From Candidatus Omnitrophota bacterium (lineage in GTDB: Bacteria; Omnitrophota; Gorgyraeia; Duberdicusellales; 4484-171), in assembly GCA_020352775.1 (NCBI GenBank), contig CP070684.1, positions 968,653-1,032,652 of the forward strand: a DNA stretch of 64,000 nucleotides, written 5' to 3'. The notes beneath the pieces are model-generated. The model ran no database searches, was not told the origin of the DNA, and saw only the letters and a program-made list of their open reading frames with translations. Positions 63,171-64,000 of this stretch are shown piece by piece; the first letter of the stretch is position 1, and every line of letters starts with the position of its first letter. Made by a program: the position numbers and the translations under genes.

Positions 63171-63254
63171 ATGTCTAGAAGAAAAAGAAGAGGAAAACTA
63201 TCTTGGCGCAGAAGAAGGAAGAAAAACAAGGGTAGAAAGCCCTGCAGAGGTTAA
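63171..63254 (+). CDS. 27-aa arginine/lysine-rich peptide (not in the ORF track)
   Basis: It encodes MSRRKRRGKLSWRRRRKKNKGRKPCRG. The size and the RRGK(L/I)xW segment recall the ribosomal protein bTHX of Thermus (27 aa) from memory, but the match is unverified. Confidence 0.3.
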   Translation: MSRRKRRGKLSWRRRRKKNKGRKPCRG

Positions 63255-63308
63255 TCTGTCACGGGGTGCTTGAATAATACGGCATCCTGTGGCATTCAAA
63301 CTACTATT

Positions 63309-63953
63309 ATGGGGTTTATCAAGAGACTGAAAGAAGATATTCAGACTGCATTCAGGGAGGACCCGGCAGCAAGAACTTCCCTTGAGGTTGTGTTGTGCTA
63401 TCCAGGGCTTCATGCGATATGGGGACACCGCTTTAATCACTGGCTGTGGAGAAAAGGGCTTAGGACTTTAGCGCGTTTTTTCTCTCATATTGTGCGGTTT
63501 TTGACCGGAATAGAGATTCATCCCGGAGCAAATATCGGCAGACGTTTCTTTATCGATCATGGTATGGGAGTTGTGATTGGTGAGACGACTGAGATCGGTG
63601 AGGATGTGCTTATTTATCAAGGAGTGGTATTAGGGGGAGTTTCCCATGAGAGAGCTAAGCGTCATCCCACTATCGGCGATGGAGTAGTAATCGGCGCCAA
63701 TTCAACACTGCTTGGCCCTATAACTGTAGGAGATGGAGCAAGAGTGGGGGCAGGCTCTGTTGTGATACACAATGTGCCTAAGAACTCTACAGTAGTGGGA
63801 GTGCCGGGAAGGTGCATTGAGCGCAAAGCCCCTAAAAAAGTTAGCGGTATAGATTTGGATCACGATAAACTTCCTGATCCAGTAATTGAGGTCTTGCATC
63901 GGCTTGAGAAAAGAATCGAAGAGTTAGAGAGAAGAGGTAAAAAAGGAGAATAA
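63309..63953 (+). CDS. cysE: Serine O-acetyltransferase
   Basis: An N-terminal SATase helical region ([20 protein letters not shown]) is followed by hexapeptide repeats ([11 protein letters not shown]...[13 protein letters not shown]). I chose the ATG at 63309 over the TTG at 63270. Confidence 0.88.
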   Translation: MGFIKRLKEDIQTAFREDPAARTSLEVVLCYPGLHAIWGHRFNHWLWRKGLRTLARFFSHIVRFLTGIEIHPGANIGRRFFIDHGMGVVIGETTEIGEDVLIYQGVVLGGVSHERAKRHPTIGDGVVIGANSTLLGPITVGDGARVGAGSVVIHNVPKNSTVVGVPGRCIERKAPKKVSGIDLDHDKLPDPVIEVLHRLEKRIEELERRGKKGE

Positions 63954-63957
63954 CAAG

Positions 63958-64000
63958 GTGCGTACTATCCAGGAAATCAATGAAAAGATTAAAAGCGGCA
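63958..64000 (+). CDS. Start of a gene running out of the window (possibly a COG1900/DUF39 homocysteine-biosynthesis-type protein)
   Basis: A GTG start gives VRTIQEINEKIKSG.... This N-terminus resembles COG1900 proteins as I recall them. Only 14 codons are visible. Confidence 0.25.
   Translation, partial: MRTIQEINEKIKSG

Noticed and set aside
1-64000. CRISPR arrays, rRNA genes, transposases, reverse transcriptases, toxin-antitoxin pairs or known defence systems.
   Set aside because: I found no regularly spaced direct repeats, no rRNA-like sequence, and no ORF with transposase, RT, Cas or classic defence motifs. The only nuclease-type accessory gene is the intron HNH.

Overview
The window looks like a low-GC chromosome segment from a diderm bacterium. 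It has LptFG, a secretin, a BamE-like lipoprotein and an OM beta-barrel candidate. The style resembles uncultured candidate-phylum genomes, but taxonomy cannot be assigned from sequence alone. Most of it is dense housekeeping sequence:
- recR, msrAB, metF and two PAS histidine kinases with a receiver protein
- a trehalose module (beta-PGM/T6PP fusion plus GH65)
- coaB/coaC and rmuC-yggU-pgeF
- a complete gcvT-H-PA-PB-lipoyl ligase-lipA operon
- a type IV pilus / T2SS-like operon
- NptA/PhoU, pyrE, smpB, lptFG, comF and fadD
- an NSS transporter, a K+/cation-homeostasis cluster and mgtE
- amiC-murI, queDCE, two-subunit fumarase, rph-rdgB and cysE
- four tRNAs (Asn, Phe, Ser, Leu)

The most unusual part is the first ~4.5 kb.
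- **Split tRNA-Asn.** tRNA-Asn(GUU) is split in its anticodon loop by a 516-nt Azoarcus-like group I intron. I could trace P1, P10, P2, P3 and the catalytic-core string by hand. Its P1 loop carries an HNH endonuclease ORF.
- **Repeated tRNA 3' end.** Downstream, the tRNA 3' end is repeated at least twice more, bracketing single-gene islets: a BNR_4-like protein and a radical-SAM/SPASM protein. A methyltransferase frameshifted at an A7 run lies just past the last of these copies. No integrase is present in the window.
- **Distant fourth copy.** A fourth core copy at ~36.86 kb has flanks reciprocal to the copy at ~3.86 kb. This is an attL/attR-type signature bounding ~33 kb of otherwise housekeeping genes.

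Secondary observations:
- a c-di-GMP theme: a histidine kinase with degenerate GGDEF and PilZ domains, a stand-alone PilZ protein, and a tandem MshEN motif in the pilus ATPase
- a pilus operon with no pilin or platform gene but a 43-aa pilin-alpha1-like peptide
- a small membrane protein with a pore-loop-like motif fused to RCK_C, next to PtsN, CBS and CPA2 genes
- a secreted Gln-rich coiled-coil protein followed by a lipoprotein trio
- two 27-aa hyper-basic peptides not in the ORF track
- a GC-rich structured element at 2485-2643

All calls rest on reading the sequence and recalled family motifs. No searches were run.
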